A stretch of DNA of 64,000 nucleotides, taken from contig CAXXFK010000041.1 in NCBI GenBank assembly GCA_963663965.2, positions 1 through 64,000 of the forward strand, read 5' to 3'. Origin of the DNA: Sedimentisphaerales bacterium (GTDB taxonomy: Bacteria > Planctomycetota > Phycisphaerae > Sedimentisphaerales > SM23-30). The first letter of the stretch is position 1. Each line of letters starts with the position of its first letter. Position numbers and translations under genes: made by a program. Under the pieces are notes generated by a model that was not told the DNA's origin, did no database searches, and saw nothing but the letters and a program-made list of their open reading frames with translations. Positions 19,301 through 30,350 of this stretch are shown here, in pieces.

Positions 19301-21609
19301 GTTCCATGAAAGCGGATAAGGCCATGAATGTCAATGTGGTCGGTCAGGGTGTGGTAACCGTGCCCAGTGTCGTGCCCGTCTGGGGTGGCCGTCAGATTGC
19401 CAACGCCAACGTCATGATCGTTTATGTGAATGACGAAGCAGGCTCATACAGTAACGATTATGTGGCCGGTTGGGGGGAAACTGTTTTGTCGATTTTTGGT
19501 AAAGAACGTAAATTTACCACCGGGATCAGAGTCAATTTAGATGGCACCTGGTCCTTTCTGGGTGGCAAAACGGCTGCCCGGCTACAGGCCGGCCTTAGTG
19601 CGGCGCCTCCATCCGATGGCATTCTCAGACTGATGCTGGCCGAACCATTGGCCGATGCGGCTTATACCAACTCCGAGATGTTCTATGCCACAGAAGGACA
19701 GGAATGGCTGATGATCAACGCGCAGTGGGACAACGCCGCGGCGGGTGAGATTTCTCTGACCGATCCGAATGGCGTGGTCTATGATCTGGCCGCGATTACC
19801 AACAGTGATTTTATCGCAGTCGTTCCGGAATTGTCCGATGACACCACCACCACGTTATTCATTGAATCGCCCACCCCCGGAACCTGGACCCTGCAAGTGG
19901 CATCGGATGAACCCCTGGAAGGCTTGACCTTCGATGGCTATCAGGACACCACCCTGCCGCAATTGACTATCGATGAAATCAGTATCAATCCGTATAGTCA
20001 GTCCGGCGCCATTGCCTATTCCGGCGACTCCGATCTGACCGACTGCCAGATCACCTTTTATTACGATGATGATAACAGTGGCGCGGATGGAATATTGATG
20101 GGCCAGGCGGACAATACCGGGCAGTTCGACTGGGACACCTCCTCCGTCGCCGCCGGCGCCTATTATGTCTATGGCTTGATCAGCGATGGAAACAACATCC
20201 CCACGGCCAGCTATTATGATGAACCAATCGAAATCGAAGCGTCCCAGGCATTAACCGATATCTTGATCGGGACCGGGGCGGCCGGCAGGATCAGTTATAC
20301 CGATGCCGATAATACCCTGGTCACTGTCAGTCTCAAGGGAGATGGTGGCACATTACGGTTTACCGGTGATGATATTACCGCCACTGGAACAAAAAATGTG
20401 GTGGTAACCGGAACCAACCTGTTTTTACAGTCCATCGTTCTGGATGGTACCGGGATAGCCGCCTTGTCCATCGGCGCCAAAGGCGGCAGTGACAATGAGG
20501 CCACTATCGGCGCCATTACCGGGGGCGAAATCAAGTCCCTGTCCGGCAAGGGAGTCGTGCTGGCCGGTAACCTGCAAACCAGCGGCAGCCTGTCCACGCT
20601 GAGTTGGGGGGATCTGGGCGACAATATTACCATTGAAACCGGCCAGGCCGGCAGCGGTTTCAGTTTGAAGGCGGGGAATATCGGCGACAATGTCACCTTC
20701 GATATCGCCGATAGCATTAAATCCTTCTCCGCCAATACCTATGCCTCCGGCCGGGTTGATTGTGACAGCCTCGGCAAGTTTGCCATCAAATCCGGCCCGG
20801 TGGAGGTGGATATCACCACAGACAGTGGTGATGTCGGATCCGTCGGCAGCAGCGGCGATCTGCTGGGCAGTTTGACGGCCGCCGGCGAGATCAAAGCCGT
20901 GGCAGTTAAATCCGGCGCCTTGAAAGCCTCTCTGACCGCCACTGGCGCGGTGGGGAAAGTCTCGGCGCTGACCATTGAAGGCGCGACCCTGACTGCCCGC
21001 TCGGTGGGCTCGATTGCCGGCAAAGGGGATATCCTCGATCTGACACTGGTCACCACCGGCGGCGATATCAAATCCATCAAAGCCGCCGGCGACGTTGATC
21101 TGCAGGCCTCCATTGCCGGTTCGTTTGGCTCACTGGGAACCAAGGGGGATTTATCCGGTGTAATCCGTGCGGAAAACATGATTTCCGGTGTGTCGGCCGG
21201 TTCGATGTCAGCCATCCTGAGTGCCGGCGGCAATATCGGCAAGGTGTCTCTGAAAGGGGATATGACCGACAGCTGGCTCATGGCCGGACTGGATCTGGGC
21301 AGCGATCTGGTTTTCAGCAGTGATGATACTGGTTCCGGCGGCGATATCGGCTCGGTAGCGGTATCGGGCGCCTTCACCTCCAGCTATCTGCTGGCCGGCG
21401 CGTTACCGGAGGTAAGTCTGACCGCAGACAGCGCGTTAACCGCACCCTGGTTCGCCCCAACCGGCGCCATCGGCAGTGTTAAGTTTGGCCAGATCAATTA
21501 TACCAATGACGAACCATTCGGCCTGTTCGCCGCCATTGCGATCAAACCCTTCAAAGTGGGTAATGTTCTGGTTGAAAGTCGGGAGAAGTTTGAGATAACA
21601 GTGCAGTAA
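16333..21609 (+). CDS. Large extracellular LEPR-XLL protein with SBBP-type propeller repeats and C-terminal Gly/Ser-rich beta-solenoid
   Basis: LEPLEPRLLLD motif; DGFVARI...WITFLGGS and DGFIAKFD...GGSSRD repeats; 1758 aa. Confidence 0.8.
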   Translation: MAKISSLRSNIGSGLSDKVKIPINSCLVLEPLEPRLLLDGAIPALDLFEYVNVGLGTTYAVNDVALGAEGEIFVAGSATNTSGTVSQGDFNQVIRNHSGSRDGFVARITADGQGDWITFLGGSDTDEIDFINIDTQGAIWVAGDTTSYEDFPFDTGQPVGGRFVAQLNSQGTLVWASSLGGYEGPEVGNWSYSTIANQIQFDPDGWLDIFSYIQTETENYYGVASFNSTGTIEEIGHFNYEYQDLANPNIRFAKVMSPNQVLAVSQSSSPYSFDVMLLETDSHTSTATMPGFVQEVTLDNQGNLLVTGYKNEYPDEDGFIAKFDSMGELLWTVDMGGSSRDRCYAIATDEQGNVYFNGYSESWSDFPLVNALSLDQTSASFLGALSSDGQILWNTRLGLIDGNWLGAPGFAGVDADEEGVVYADTSYNSAARQTALMVHRITLSSGPTLPVASLDTDFIYDDYAYLNEINEAGYLDIRFEDTDSKTVNGDEFVLSGPGAENVSIKGKPRLIDSENNIYRYTLDGDFGSGPVVMEYGASGFSGSEGQGNIAASQTFRVIPDIAPLQFSINTSEFEWDDSEQEFIYEGEISIGLIPSEGSAFTPAITLVGGSLSVDEDAVYGEGTVWTTLTGNSINLFQGSFEIKRGQAQTYLLQDNHVLDDSEFLLAGQDYQFTAFSLATAGQLRAQGAINLSSNLGAVQLAVSGNHWITFSATGIGLTGGTLTLPNVDINTEYMEMKAESLSVEYVAATPASGATPAKPDALRFRGKVTLPSVFGATADLTQDLFAGTDGYIEVNANGEIKWYGKLSIEEIVIVPDLWEIKEATLELREGTGGTMVVAGNGKAVVPPGMEIVCGLGFVNDQFNYIRLGVGDLNLPIGTTGAFLQEINGTVNNLADPDPINIYFGGGLAFTAGPELGIALPEWAGGDLTGRLAEFGVEGGFTMSTLTGSGTLKMIGGLAEGAAVSTLDWDKGTLDAKCTLTALSNLVTITGSMKADKAMNVNVVGQGVVTVPSVVPVWGGRQIANANVMIVYVNDEAGSYSNDYVAGWGETVLSIFGKERKFTTGIRVNLDGTWSFLGGKTAARLQAGLSAAPPSDGILRLMLAEPLADAAYTNSEMFYATEGQEWLMINAQWDNAAAGEISLTDPNGVVYDLAAITNSDFIAVVPELSDDTTTTLFIESPTPGTWTLQVASDEPLEGLTFDGYQDTTLPQLTIDEISINPYSQSGAIAYSGDSDLTDCQITFYYDDDNSGADGILMGQADNTGQFDWDTSSVAAGAYYVYGLISDGNNIPTASYYDEPIEIEASQALTDILIGTGAAGRISYTDADNTLVTVSLKGDGGTLRFTGDDITATGTKNVVVTGTNLFLQSIVLDGTGIAALSIGAKGGSDNEATIGAITGGEIKSLSGKGVVLAGNLQTSGSLSTLSWGDLGDNITIETGQAGSGFSLKAGNIGDNVTFDIADSIKSFSANTYASGRVDCDSLGKFAIKSGPVEVDITTDSGDVGSVGSSGDLLGSLTAAGEIKAVAVKSGALKASLTATGAVGKVSALTIEGATLTARSVGSIAGKGDILDLTLVTTGGDIKSIKAAGDVDLQASIAGSFGSLGTKGDLSGVIRAENMISGVSAGSMSAILSAGGNIGKVSLKGDMTDSWLMAGLDLGSDLVFSSDDTGSGGDIGSVAVSGAFTSSYLLAGALPEVSLTADSALTAPWFAPTGAIGSVKFGQINYTNDEPFGLFAAIAIKPFKVGNVLVESREKFEITVQ

Positions 21610-21667
21610 ATATTGTCATTATGATAAGACTGACTGGTTTTCTCGCGCCAAGATCACCTTCGGATTT

Positions 21668-22585
21668 TCAAGATTCGTTTTGTGCAATAACCAGCATTTC
21701 GCCGCACAGGTAGGGCAGGGGATGCTTGCTCCAGGTGTCAGGCAAAATTTTGCGCAGTTTGGTTATGACCGGTGTCAGCAAACCATGAGGGTAGATCTGG
21801 AGCTGCTCGGCGAGATAGGACATCGACAGCCGTTTGATATTAGGCTTAATGGCAATTCGCTTAAATCCCGCCCGGTTTAACGCCAGGCGCATCGCTCTGG
21901 CCGAGAAATACTGGATATGTTCGGCCTTGAAATGAAGCCAGTTTTTTCTCATGAGTATCCGGGTCGGCGAATCGATCCGGGGTGTAGTCAGGACCAGTAT
22001 CCCATCGGGATATAGTAATTTTCTGGCGCTGGTCAGATAAGCGTCGATATCCAGGACATGTTCGATCACATCGGTCATGGTAATTACATCAAAACAGGAT
22101 GCCGGAAAAGTGCAATCCGGCAATTCGCCTTCGAATACCCGTTCCGTTCCGAAATGTCCGCGAAGTATGTCCGCCGAATAAGGATTGATTTCCGTTGCGG
22201 ACACATGCCATCCCAGCGCTTGTGCCTCCAATCCCAATGTTCCGGTGGCGCCTCCGACATCCAGCAGAGCGATCTCAGCGGGTTGTTTGCCTTGGATCAG
22301 GGCCGCGATTTGATGTAACAGGGGCCGGAAGATGGCGCGTTTCGTGTCGGTGGCGATAGTTTGATCGGTAGCCATTCCCCATGAGTCGTAATAGCTTTGA
22401 TCGTAGATGGCCTGCAACTCCTCAAAGGTCGGGCGTGGGATTCGATACCAGCCACCGCACCGGGGGCATACGGAGACCTGGCCGGCTCGAATGACCTGAC
22501 GGACTGGTCCGGCTTGCGGTGCGTGACAGATTGGGCATGCGTTCGGTGGGGGGCATGGCGTTTCGATAGATGACATTTGATTCAT
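21668..22585 (-). CDS. Class I SAM-dependent methyltransferase (surface-glycan cluster type, N-terminal CxxC pairs)
   Basis: CPIC...CPRC, LLDVGGATG, FDVITMTDVIEHV. Confidence 0.88.
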   Translation of the reverse strand: MNQMSSIETPCPPPNACPICHAPQAGPVRQVIRAGQVSVCPRCGGWYRIPRPTFEELQAIYDQSYYDSWGMATDQTIATDTKRAIFRPLLHQIAALIQGKQPAEIALLDVGGATGTLGLEAQALGWHVSATEINPYSADILRGHFGTERVFEGELPDCTFPASCFDVITMTDVIEHVLDIDAYLTSARKLLYPDGILVLTTPRIDSPTRILMRKNWLHFKAEHIQYFSARAMRLALNRAGFKRIAIKPNIKRLSMSYLAEQLQIYPHGLLTPVITKLRKILPDTWSKHPLPYLCGEMLVIAQNES

Positions 22586-23799
22586 GATGATGGGAGGGTT
22601 TCCTTGGAGAGTCGTTCAACGGGAAGCATTTTGTATGCAGCCTCCAGGACATCGTTTACCTGAATCGCCTTCATACAGGTTCCTTCATGATGACACCACA
22701 TTCCTGATAGCGAGGTGAACATATAGAGGCATGGACTGCAATGTAACGGGAAGTACAAACTGAGATTCTTGCCGCCCGGCGGTTCATAAAACGATGGACG
22801 GCCCGGACCCCACAACGAGACGGTCCGGGTCTGGGTCAATGCCGCCAGGTGCATGGGGCCCGAATCGTTCGTCAGGAACAGATCGAACATGGCCAGCAGG
22901 GCCATGAATTCCTCCAGCGTCCATTTCCCGGCGCCCATAACAATCCGGTTGCGGCAGGATTCCGAAAGCGATTGGTGAAATTCACTGACATAAGCCGATT
23001 CGTTTCTGGATCCGGTCAGAATAAAAAGAATATCGGGATTATCCGCTGACACGGTTTCGAGTAATGCCCTCCAGTTTTCCTGGGGCCAGCGCCGTTCCAG
23101 ACAAAAATCGTTGGCATTGATATTCACCCCGACCAGCCGGCGTTCCCGATTCCAACCCAGGGCCGCCAGACTATCCTGAACCGACGAACGGAGGCTATTA
23201 TCCAACGGGATTGCCGGCAACTGAAAATCGGTGATCTGGAAATCCAGATGACGACCGACATCGGCGTAGATTTCCCCGATATGTCGGAAATAATTAAAAT
23301 AGATCGGATGCTTGACCAGGCTGGAGCGCCAGAAATCGTTCAGGTGGAATCCGATGCGAATGGTGGCGCCGGTCATAAAAGTCAACAGGGTTGAAAATTT
23401 ACTGAAAAATTCCAGGTCGATAGTGACCTGGATATGGCGACGCCAGAGAGTAAACAGCAATGCCAGCATGTCGTATCCAAACAGAAACAGCGAGCGGGTC
23501 CGCAGAATATGGATCTGATCGACCAATCCAAGCAGGTTGAGCGCTCCCTCGTTGCCGGCGAAAGTGACAAAATGAAGTGTGGCGTTGGGATAACGTTGGC
23601 GCAAACCTCGCAGCAACGGGCTTGCCTGAACGATGCTGCCGATACCGAAAAATTTAAAAATGGCAATCTGTTTGATCTGGTCTGGCTTGATCGTTGCCCG
23701 GGGGCGGAAACGCCGGAAAATGGAACAGAACAGGCCCAGTATGAAACAGACGGGCATGCCCACCCATTGGTCGATCCATTTCATCAGTTTGAGTTTCAT
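22582..23799 (-). CDS. Glycosyltransferase family 9 (heptosyltransferase-like)
   Basis: GIGSIV, ERRWP, TNDSGPMHLAA, LWGP motifs; 4-nt overlaps with neighbours. Confidence 0.9.
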   Translation of the reverse strand: MKLKLMKWIDQWVGMPVCFILGLFCSIFRRFRPRATIKPDQIKQIAIFKFFGIGSIVQASPLLRGLRQRYPNATLHFVTFAGNEGALNLLGLVDQIHILRTRSLFLFGYDMLALLFTLWRRHIQVTIDLEFFSKFSTLLTFMTGATIRIGFHLNDFWRSSLVKHPIYFNYFRHIGEIYADVGRHLDFQITDFQLPAIPLDNSLRSSVQDSLAALGWNRERRLVGVNINANDFCLERRWPQENWRALLETVSADNPDILFILTGSRNESAYVSEFHQSLSESCRNRIVMGAGKWTLEEFMALLAMFDLFLTNDSGPMHLAALTQTRTVSLWGPGRPSFYEPPGGKNLSLYFPLHCSPCLYMFTSLSGMWCHHEGTCMKAIQVNDVLEAAYKMLPVERLSKETLPSS

Positions 23800-25091
23800 G
23801 GCGTTGGGATCTCCACGACTTTCGTAACGCCAGTACCGGTGGCATTGTGTCCCCGGCCAAAGGCGCAGGCCATCAGGATGATGATCGGAGGCGCCGAGGG
23901 GATCAGGTATCGGGCTTCACAGCCCGCGATCGAATGCAGGCCCCAGCTGAAAAAAAAGGTCAGACCGCACAGGAGCACCATGGGGGGATGGGCCGCGCCT
24001 GGCTTGATCAGCCGCAGGATGGCGGCCAGTAAACCGCCGAAGAGCAGGGCGTTGGGAAAAATATACAGCAGGGCTAACGGATTTTGCTGCTTGTAACTGA
24101 ATGGGTAATTGAACCAGAATCGGCCCTGGTTGCAAACCCAGTTGAAAACAAACTTGGAGGGATGGCTGGTGATGTTCTTCCAGGCCTGCCGCTTATACGC
24201 CGCGTCCTGTTGAACAAAGTTTAGAGACCGGACGCTCGAGATAAAAGCGTGATGCCGATGGTATTCTGGACGATTCATGGCATCGCCTCTCCAGTCGCCG
24301 TATTCATCCGAATAGGGATTGGACATCCAATAAAGCGCTTGTCCGCCGGCATTGCCCCAATAGAATATTTTGCCGGTGAGATTCCAGGTGTAGATCAGGT
24401 AGGGCAGACAAACCAGCAGGCTGATTGCGAAGATCATCGCGGTTTTGCAGGCCGGCTTGGAACGCGCCGACAACAGGCCATATCCCAGCAGCAACGCCAG
24501 AATCACATAACCGAACGTGATTTTGGTCAATGCCAGGTATCCCCACAAGATACCGCCAATCCACCATTTTTGCCGGTCTCCCTGCCAGGCCTGACTGGTG
24601 TAATACAATGCCCCGCACAACAGTACCAGGGTTAAGGGCTCGGTCATAAAAAATGGGAGGCTGATGAAAAAGGGGGGGTAGATCCCCATCAGATAGGTTA
24701 CTTTGATAGCTAATGGGCGGGGGATCAGGCCGGACAGGATTCTTAAACTGTAAAACATGGCGCCATATAACAAAAAGGGATTGAGAATGATCGCCGTTCT
24801 TAAGGGCAGATGCAGAATCTTTAAAGCCGCCAGCAATAAAGGATATCCCGGACCGGACCAGAGGTAACTGGTATGGGCTGTGGCATAACAGCCGTGCGTC
24901 AGATTATCGGCCAGTTCCAGGTATCGATCCTGGTCGCCGAACATCGCATCCCAGTCCATCGGGATATTGGGACGGATATACGAGTCAAATCCAAGAACCA
25001 CCGCCAGATAAAGCGCCAGTAACGGAATCAGTACGATGGTATCCAGACGAAAGATTCCGGTTTTGATCGTTGAAGGGTTACTGGAAGACAT
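23796..25091 (-). CDS. Polytopic membrane glycosyltransferase (ArnT/GT-C-like)
   Basis: D...Y.ELA.NL, PGYPLLLA, MTEPL, ARYLIP motifs; multiple TM helices. Confidence 0.75.
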   Translation of the reverse strand: MSSSNPSTIKTGIFRLDTIVLIPLLALYLAVVLGFDSYIRPNIPMDWDAMFGDQDRYLELADNLTHGCYATAHTSYLWSGPGYPLLLAALKILHLPLRTAIILNPFLLYGAMFYSLRILSGLIPRPLAIKVTYLMGIYPPFFISLPFFMTEPLTLVLLCGALYYTSQAWQGDRQKWWIGGILWGYLALTKITFGYVILALLLGYGLLSARSKPACKTAMIFAISLLVCLPYLIYTWNLTGKIFYWGNAGGQALYWMSNPYSDEYGDWRGDAMNRPEYHRHHAFISSVRSLNFVQQDAAYKRQAWKNITSHPSKFVFNWVCNQGRFWFNYPFSYKQQNPLALLYIFPNALLFGGLLAAILRLIKPGAAHPPMVLLCGLTFFFSWGLHSIAGCEARYLIPSAPPIIILMACAFGRGHNATGTGVTKVVEIPTP

Positions 25092-25138
25092 TTTTAAAAT
25101 TTACTCCGGTGCCTGTGTATATACGGCATGCAAATGAT

Positions 25139-25221
25139 AATGCCCGCTGGGCCGTGATATAAGTTCTACACGTGTAAATAGTTACTTGCGAGCGATCAGG
25201 AATTTTCATGCCCATTGGGTA
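25139..25221. repeat. ~83-bp dispersed repeat with imperfect inverted ends, copy 1
   Basis: AATGCCCGCTGGGCCGTGATATAAGTTCTA...CTTGCGAGCGATC.GGAATTTTCAT.CCCATTGGGTA repeated at 25818-25901. Confidence 0.9.
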
Positions 25222-25817
25222 CAATTAAGCCAGTTATCGGCCGCCGGCTCTGCGGTTATGCTTTGCCGGGAAGGTCTCCATGGGATATCATTCTATCCTG
25301 ATAACAGGATTACATCTCGGACAGCACGCATAGAATGATAGCCTGCTCGCCATATAACATCATATCAAATAGCAGGTTACGATGCAAGCAGTAAATTAAC
25401 CGCAGGATATCAGGGAATACCGGACCAGAACGGTCATCTATAGAACAGAGTCCTGCCGCAACACCGAGCTACTTTCTGAAATCAGGTCTTAAGGGAGTTC
25501 TAACACTCTTCCATTGGCCGTATCATTCAAGCACCCATGAAACTGGGTGAAAGATAACTGATTTATGGCCCCACCTGAACGCACAGCATTCGTTTCTGAT
25601 CCCGGATCAGCAAGATAGAGCCATCGGCGCCCAGTTCTGCCCTCCCTCAAGCATCTCTGCCGACTGGGTAGCCTCGGTTATCTGTCTCGGGTGCCACCGG
25701 ACAAGCGCAGCTTGCCGGTGGATAACCCGTCATCGCCCATGATAACACCGTCTCCATGAAAAGTAAAAGATCACAAGCAACGCCTGTCTTCCCAATTCTA
25801 TACTGCTTACAATTGAA

Positions 25818-25901
25818 AATGCCCGCTGGGCCGTGATATAAGTTCTATACGAGTTAATACTTATCTTGCGAGCGATCGGGAATTTTCATACCCATTGGGT
25901 A
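25818..25901. repeat. ~83-bp dispersed repeat, copy 2
   Basis: Direct repeat of 25139-25221; ends conserved, centre diverged. Confidence 0.9.
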
Positions 25902-25931
25902 TATCATCGATAGGCGCTTTTGATATCAGCC

Positions 25932-26957
<1,026 letters not shown>

Positions 26958-27184
26958 TTAGTCGGCACTTTCATATAAGTTCATTTCACACTCATTAGAC
27001 ATGTTGAATTATACCTTGTAAAAACCGAAGGTGATAGATCGATCCTGCCTATTTCTTGCCTGATCGTCCGAATCTTCCTGCAATCAGGTTGCCAGTCCGG
27101 GAGCCACGTGATATGATTATATTGGATAATGTTGGCAAAAAATAGCCAATACTTGCTAAAAAATAAACACTTATAAAACACGCC

Positions 27185-28075
27185 ATGAATACCGAACACG
27201 AGCCGCTAAATATAAGCATTGCACGATGGACCGAAACGCCGGACATCATTGAAACAGCCATCCCCGATCTGTTGAACTATCGGCGCGATGAACCCACCCA
27301 GCCCGCCAACGCCATGTATGAACCCACCATTTGCCTGATCGCCCAGGGCGCTAAAAGGGTGTTTCTCGGCGGCGAATCCTATGTCTACGACCCGCACCAT
27401 TTTTTAATGACCTCAGTAGATACTCCCACCACCTTCCAGGTAATGGACGCCTCCAGACAGAAACCATGCCTGGGACTGGTATTGAAACTGGATTTGCGCG
27501 AAATCACCCAGTTAATTGTGGATGGCAATCTTCCCCAACCGCGCTCGCCACAATCCAACCGCGCCATGGCCCTCGGCAAAATCACCCTTCCGCTGCTCGA
27601 CGCCTTTCAACGGCTTATGGGCTTGCTGGACGAACCCAAAGACATTCCAATCCTGGCCCCGATTATCAAGCGGGAAATATTTTACCGGCTGCTGGTGGGC
27701 GACCAGGGTGCCCGTTTAAGACAGATGACCTCCGCCGGCACCCCCGGCTATCAGATCGCCAGGGCTATCGACTGGCTCAAGGATAACTACGACAAGGCCC
27801 TGCGCATCGATGACCTGGCCTCCCTGGTCCACATGAGCACCTCAACCTTTCATCATCACTTCCGCTCAATCACCGCCATGAGCCCCCTGCAATACCAGAA
27901 ATGGCTGCGCCTCAACGAAGCCAGACGCCTCATGCTGGCCGAATCCCTGGATGTCGGTTCCGCCGCGTTCAAGGTCGGCTACGAAAGCCCCTCCCAGTTC
28001 AGTCGCGAATACAGCCGCCTGTTCGGCAATTCCCCCCTGCGCGACATCACCAGCTTTCGCCAGACAACCTCCTGA
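27185..28075 (+). CDS. AraC-family transcriptional regulator (YqhC-like)
   Basis: YEPTICLIAQGAK N-domain; SPLQYQKWLRL, VGYESPSQFSREY HTH; divergent from AKR. Confidence 0.93.
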   Translation: MNTEHEPLNISIARWTETPDIIETAIPDLLNYRRDEPTQPANAMYEPTICLIAQGAKRVFLGGESYVYDPHHFLMTSVDTPTTFQVMDASRQKPCLGLVLKLDLREITQLIVDGNLPQPRSPQSNRAMALGKITLPLLDAFQRLMGLLDEPKDIPILAPIIKREIFYRLLVGDQGARLRQMTSAGTPGYQIARAIDWLKDNYDKALRIDDLASLVHMSTSTFHHHFRSITAMSPLQYQKWLRLNEARRLMLAESLDVGSAAFKVGYESPSQFSREYSRLFGNSPLRDITSFRQTTS

Positions 28076-28747
28076 ATGATAAGTCTGTGCGATTTTCGAT
28101 GACTATTGTCAGGCCAATGGTAAAGTTTCGGTTTTGGCATCCTGTTGAGAGGCTGGGTGTCTGATTTGAATCTGAGGCAAAAAGGAGGGTGGCATTTCTG
28201 CATTTTCAGGTTCTTTATAAATCATAGTCAATACCATTTTATTGACAACTTCTAAAACATAATTCTTTACAAATAAGTCAATAAGAATTAATCGGTTGAA
28301 TTTTTACTTGATGTGAAAATGTTGTAAAATCATAAATATTATGTTATATAAAATAAAAACATAATAATTAATTTGCTTTGTATTGCAACTCCGTCTATAA
28401 TACCAAAGTCGATTAAATAGCTCAAACCACCCGCCAGCCTCCGGCGTGCCCCGTCCCAACCGGCCACGCCCGCAGAGATTCTCTGCGCATAGACTGTGGC
28501 ACCCTCAAGCACAGCTTGTGGGTGCATGCTTGGCCTGGTGCTATCTGATGCGGACCAGACCCAACCAGCCAATTTATTTTGGCTGTTAATGCTGTTAATA
28601 AGGTACGACGAAATGGAAACCAGTAAAAACAACACAACCCGCCAACCCAAACGTAAAAGGCCCGAAGGTCGAAGATCCGCCTCAGGAGGAACCGACCGTT
28701 TCTAGCCAGGGTCGTAAGGCCCCGGTCAGCGATAGAAGTTTAATTTT

Positions 28748-29457
28748 TTTAAACCCCCGCCTCTCCGAGGCGTACCGCCAGGATATCTCGCAAAAGAGAT
28801 AGATAAAAAAACATGAGCGCAGCGAATACCAACAGAAAACGAAACAAAGCCAATGGGTTAAAATATTGCCATAACCCTAACAATATATCGAGCTTAACGA
28901 AAAATAAAAACTCATCCGCCTCAAGGCGGATACAAATAATATCTCGGAGAGATCAAAAGCGCATAGCCCGTCAATTCATTGGCGGGAATACCCGAACCAG
29001 CGTAGAAAATTTTAAACCCACGCCTCGCAGAGGCGTACCGACAGGATTTCGAACCGGAGGCGAAAAATAAAACCAACATGAGCGCAGCGAATACCAAACC
29101 AAAACGAAACAAACCCAACATGAAAAAATATCACTCTAACCTCAGCGTTAAAATGAGCTTAACGAAAATAATAATTTCATCCGCCAAATGGCGGATACCC
29201 AAAGCGGCCCAACGGGCCGGCATAAAACAGCCCGGGGCAGAGCGAGTCCCGATCCATCGGGACGAGCGCCACCCTGGGTACTAAACCCGAATTATAAATT
29301 TCTTAACCCACGCCTCGTAGAGGCGTACCGACAGGATATCTCGCAAAAGAGATAGATAAAACTAACCATGAGCGCAGCGAATACCAACACAAAACGAAAC
29401 GAAGCCAATGCTTAAAATTATTGCCATAACATTAACAAACAATTGACTTTAACGAAA
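28748..29457 (+). repeat. Three tandem ~160-185-bp repeat units (28748-28931, 29010-29197, 29301-29457) with variable spacers
   Basis: Each: AACCC.CGCCTC...GAGGCGTACCG.CAGGAT...CATGAGCGCAGCGAATACCAA...AAACGAAAC.AA.CCAA...TAAC...TTAACGAAA. Confidence 0.92.
29197..29280. repeat. REP-like palindromic element (inverted copy at 55015-55101)
   Basis: CCCAAAGCGGCCCAACGGGC.GG.ATAAAA.AGCCC.GGGCAGAGCGA.TCCCGAT...CGGGACGAGCG.CACCCTGGGT. Confidence 0.85.
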
Positions 29458-29510
29458 CCCGAAACCATCGGGCCAAAACTTATAACAATCTTTTAACAGG
29501 AGGTACCACT

Positions 29511-30350
29511 ATGTCATCTTCACTACGAAGACTCAGAGCCAACCGTCGTAACGCCCAGAAATCCACCGGCCCCAAAACCCCCGAGGGCAAGGCCATCTCA
29601 TCCAGAAATGCCATCAAGCACGGCCTCAGCGGCCAGGATCCCGCCCACCTCATTGTCCCCGGCGAATCCGAACTCACCTACCTCGAATTCCGCGCCGCGC
29701 TGTTACAAGACCTCAAACCAACGACTTATCTCCAACGCCACATCGCCGACCAGATCGTCTCGGCCGCCTGGCGTTTGGAACGCCTCGGCCGCATCGAAGC
29801 CGAGATGATCGACGCCCGCGTCTATAAACTCCGCCTCACCAACGAAGAAATCCGCAAAGACACCGTCATCGACCAGCCCTTCGCCCACTCCAGCATCTAC
29901 TTACCACGTCACAACGAAGTCGGTACCGCCTTCACCCTCGAAGTCCCCGCCTTCAACTGCCTGGCCCGCTACGAAGCCCACCTCAACCGTACCTTCCAGG
30001 CCAATCTTAAGCTCCTGCAACAGTTGCAATTACAACAAAAACCAAACGAACCCAATGCCTACCCGCCTGAGTACCCATTTCCCGACTTACCCCGCGTCCA
30101 CATTCCCGACCCACCCAGAATCCCCACGCACCCCAGCGAAGCCAAATTGGCCCCCGAATACATCAAAGACCGACTCCCCGAATTGATGAAAGACCACAGC
30201 GTAACTGACGACCAGGTCTTCAGTTACGCCTGCAACCGCTACGAAGCCCTCAACACCTTCTCCCAGCAGAACGGCGAAGAAGCCCTCCACGCCCTCGGCA
30301 TCCCCACCAAACCCCCGGCCGATATCCCCATCAAGGAGGTTAAGAAATAA
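29511..30350 (+). CDS. Conserved hypothetical protein with NAQKSTGPKTPEGK...NAIKHG N-terminus (HGGxSTG-related motif)
   Basis: AGGAGG SD; 279 aa; WRLERL..IE and RYEAHLNR helices; Pro-rich tail with NEPN. Confidence 0.8.
   Translation: MSSSLRRLRANRRNAQKSTGPKTPEGKAISSRNAIKHGLSGQDPAHLIVPGESELTYLEFRAALLQDLKPTTYLQRHIADQIVSAAWRLERLGRIEAEMIDARVYKLRLTNEEIRKDTVIDQPFAHSSIYLPRHNEVGTAFTLEVPAFNCLARYEAHLNRTFQANLKLLQQLQLQQKPNEPNAYPPEYPFPDLPRVHIPDPPRIPTHPSEAKLAPEYIKDRLPELMKDHSVTDDQVFSYACNRYEALNTFSQQNGEEALHALGIPTKPPADIPIKEVKK

Noticed and set aside
28544..28625. Hammerhead ribozyme (CTGATG...GAAA)
   Set aside because: Core reads CTGATGC rather than CTGANGA and no convincing stems flank it
28748..29457. CRISPR array
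   Set aside because: Units are ~170 bp and degenerate, spacers are irregular, and there are no cas genes
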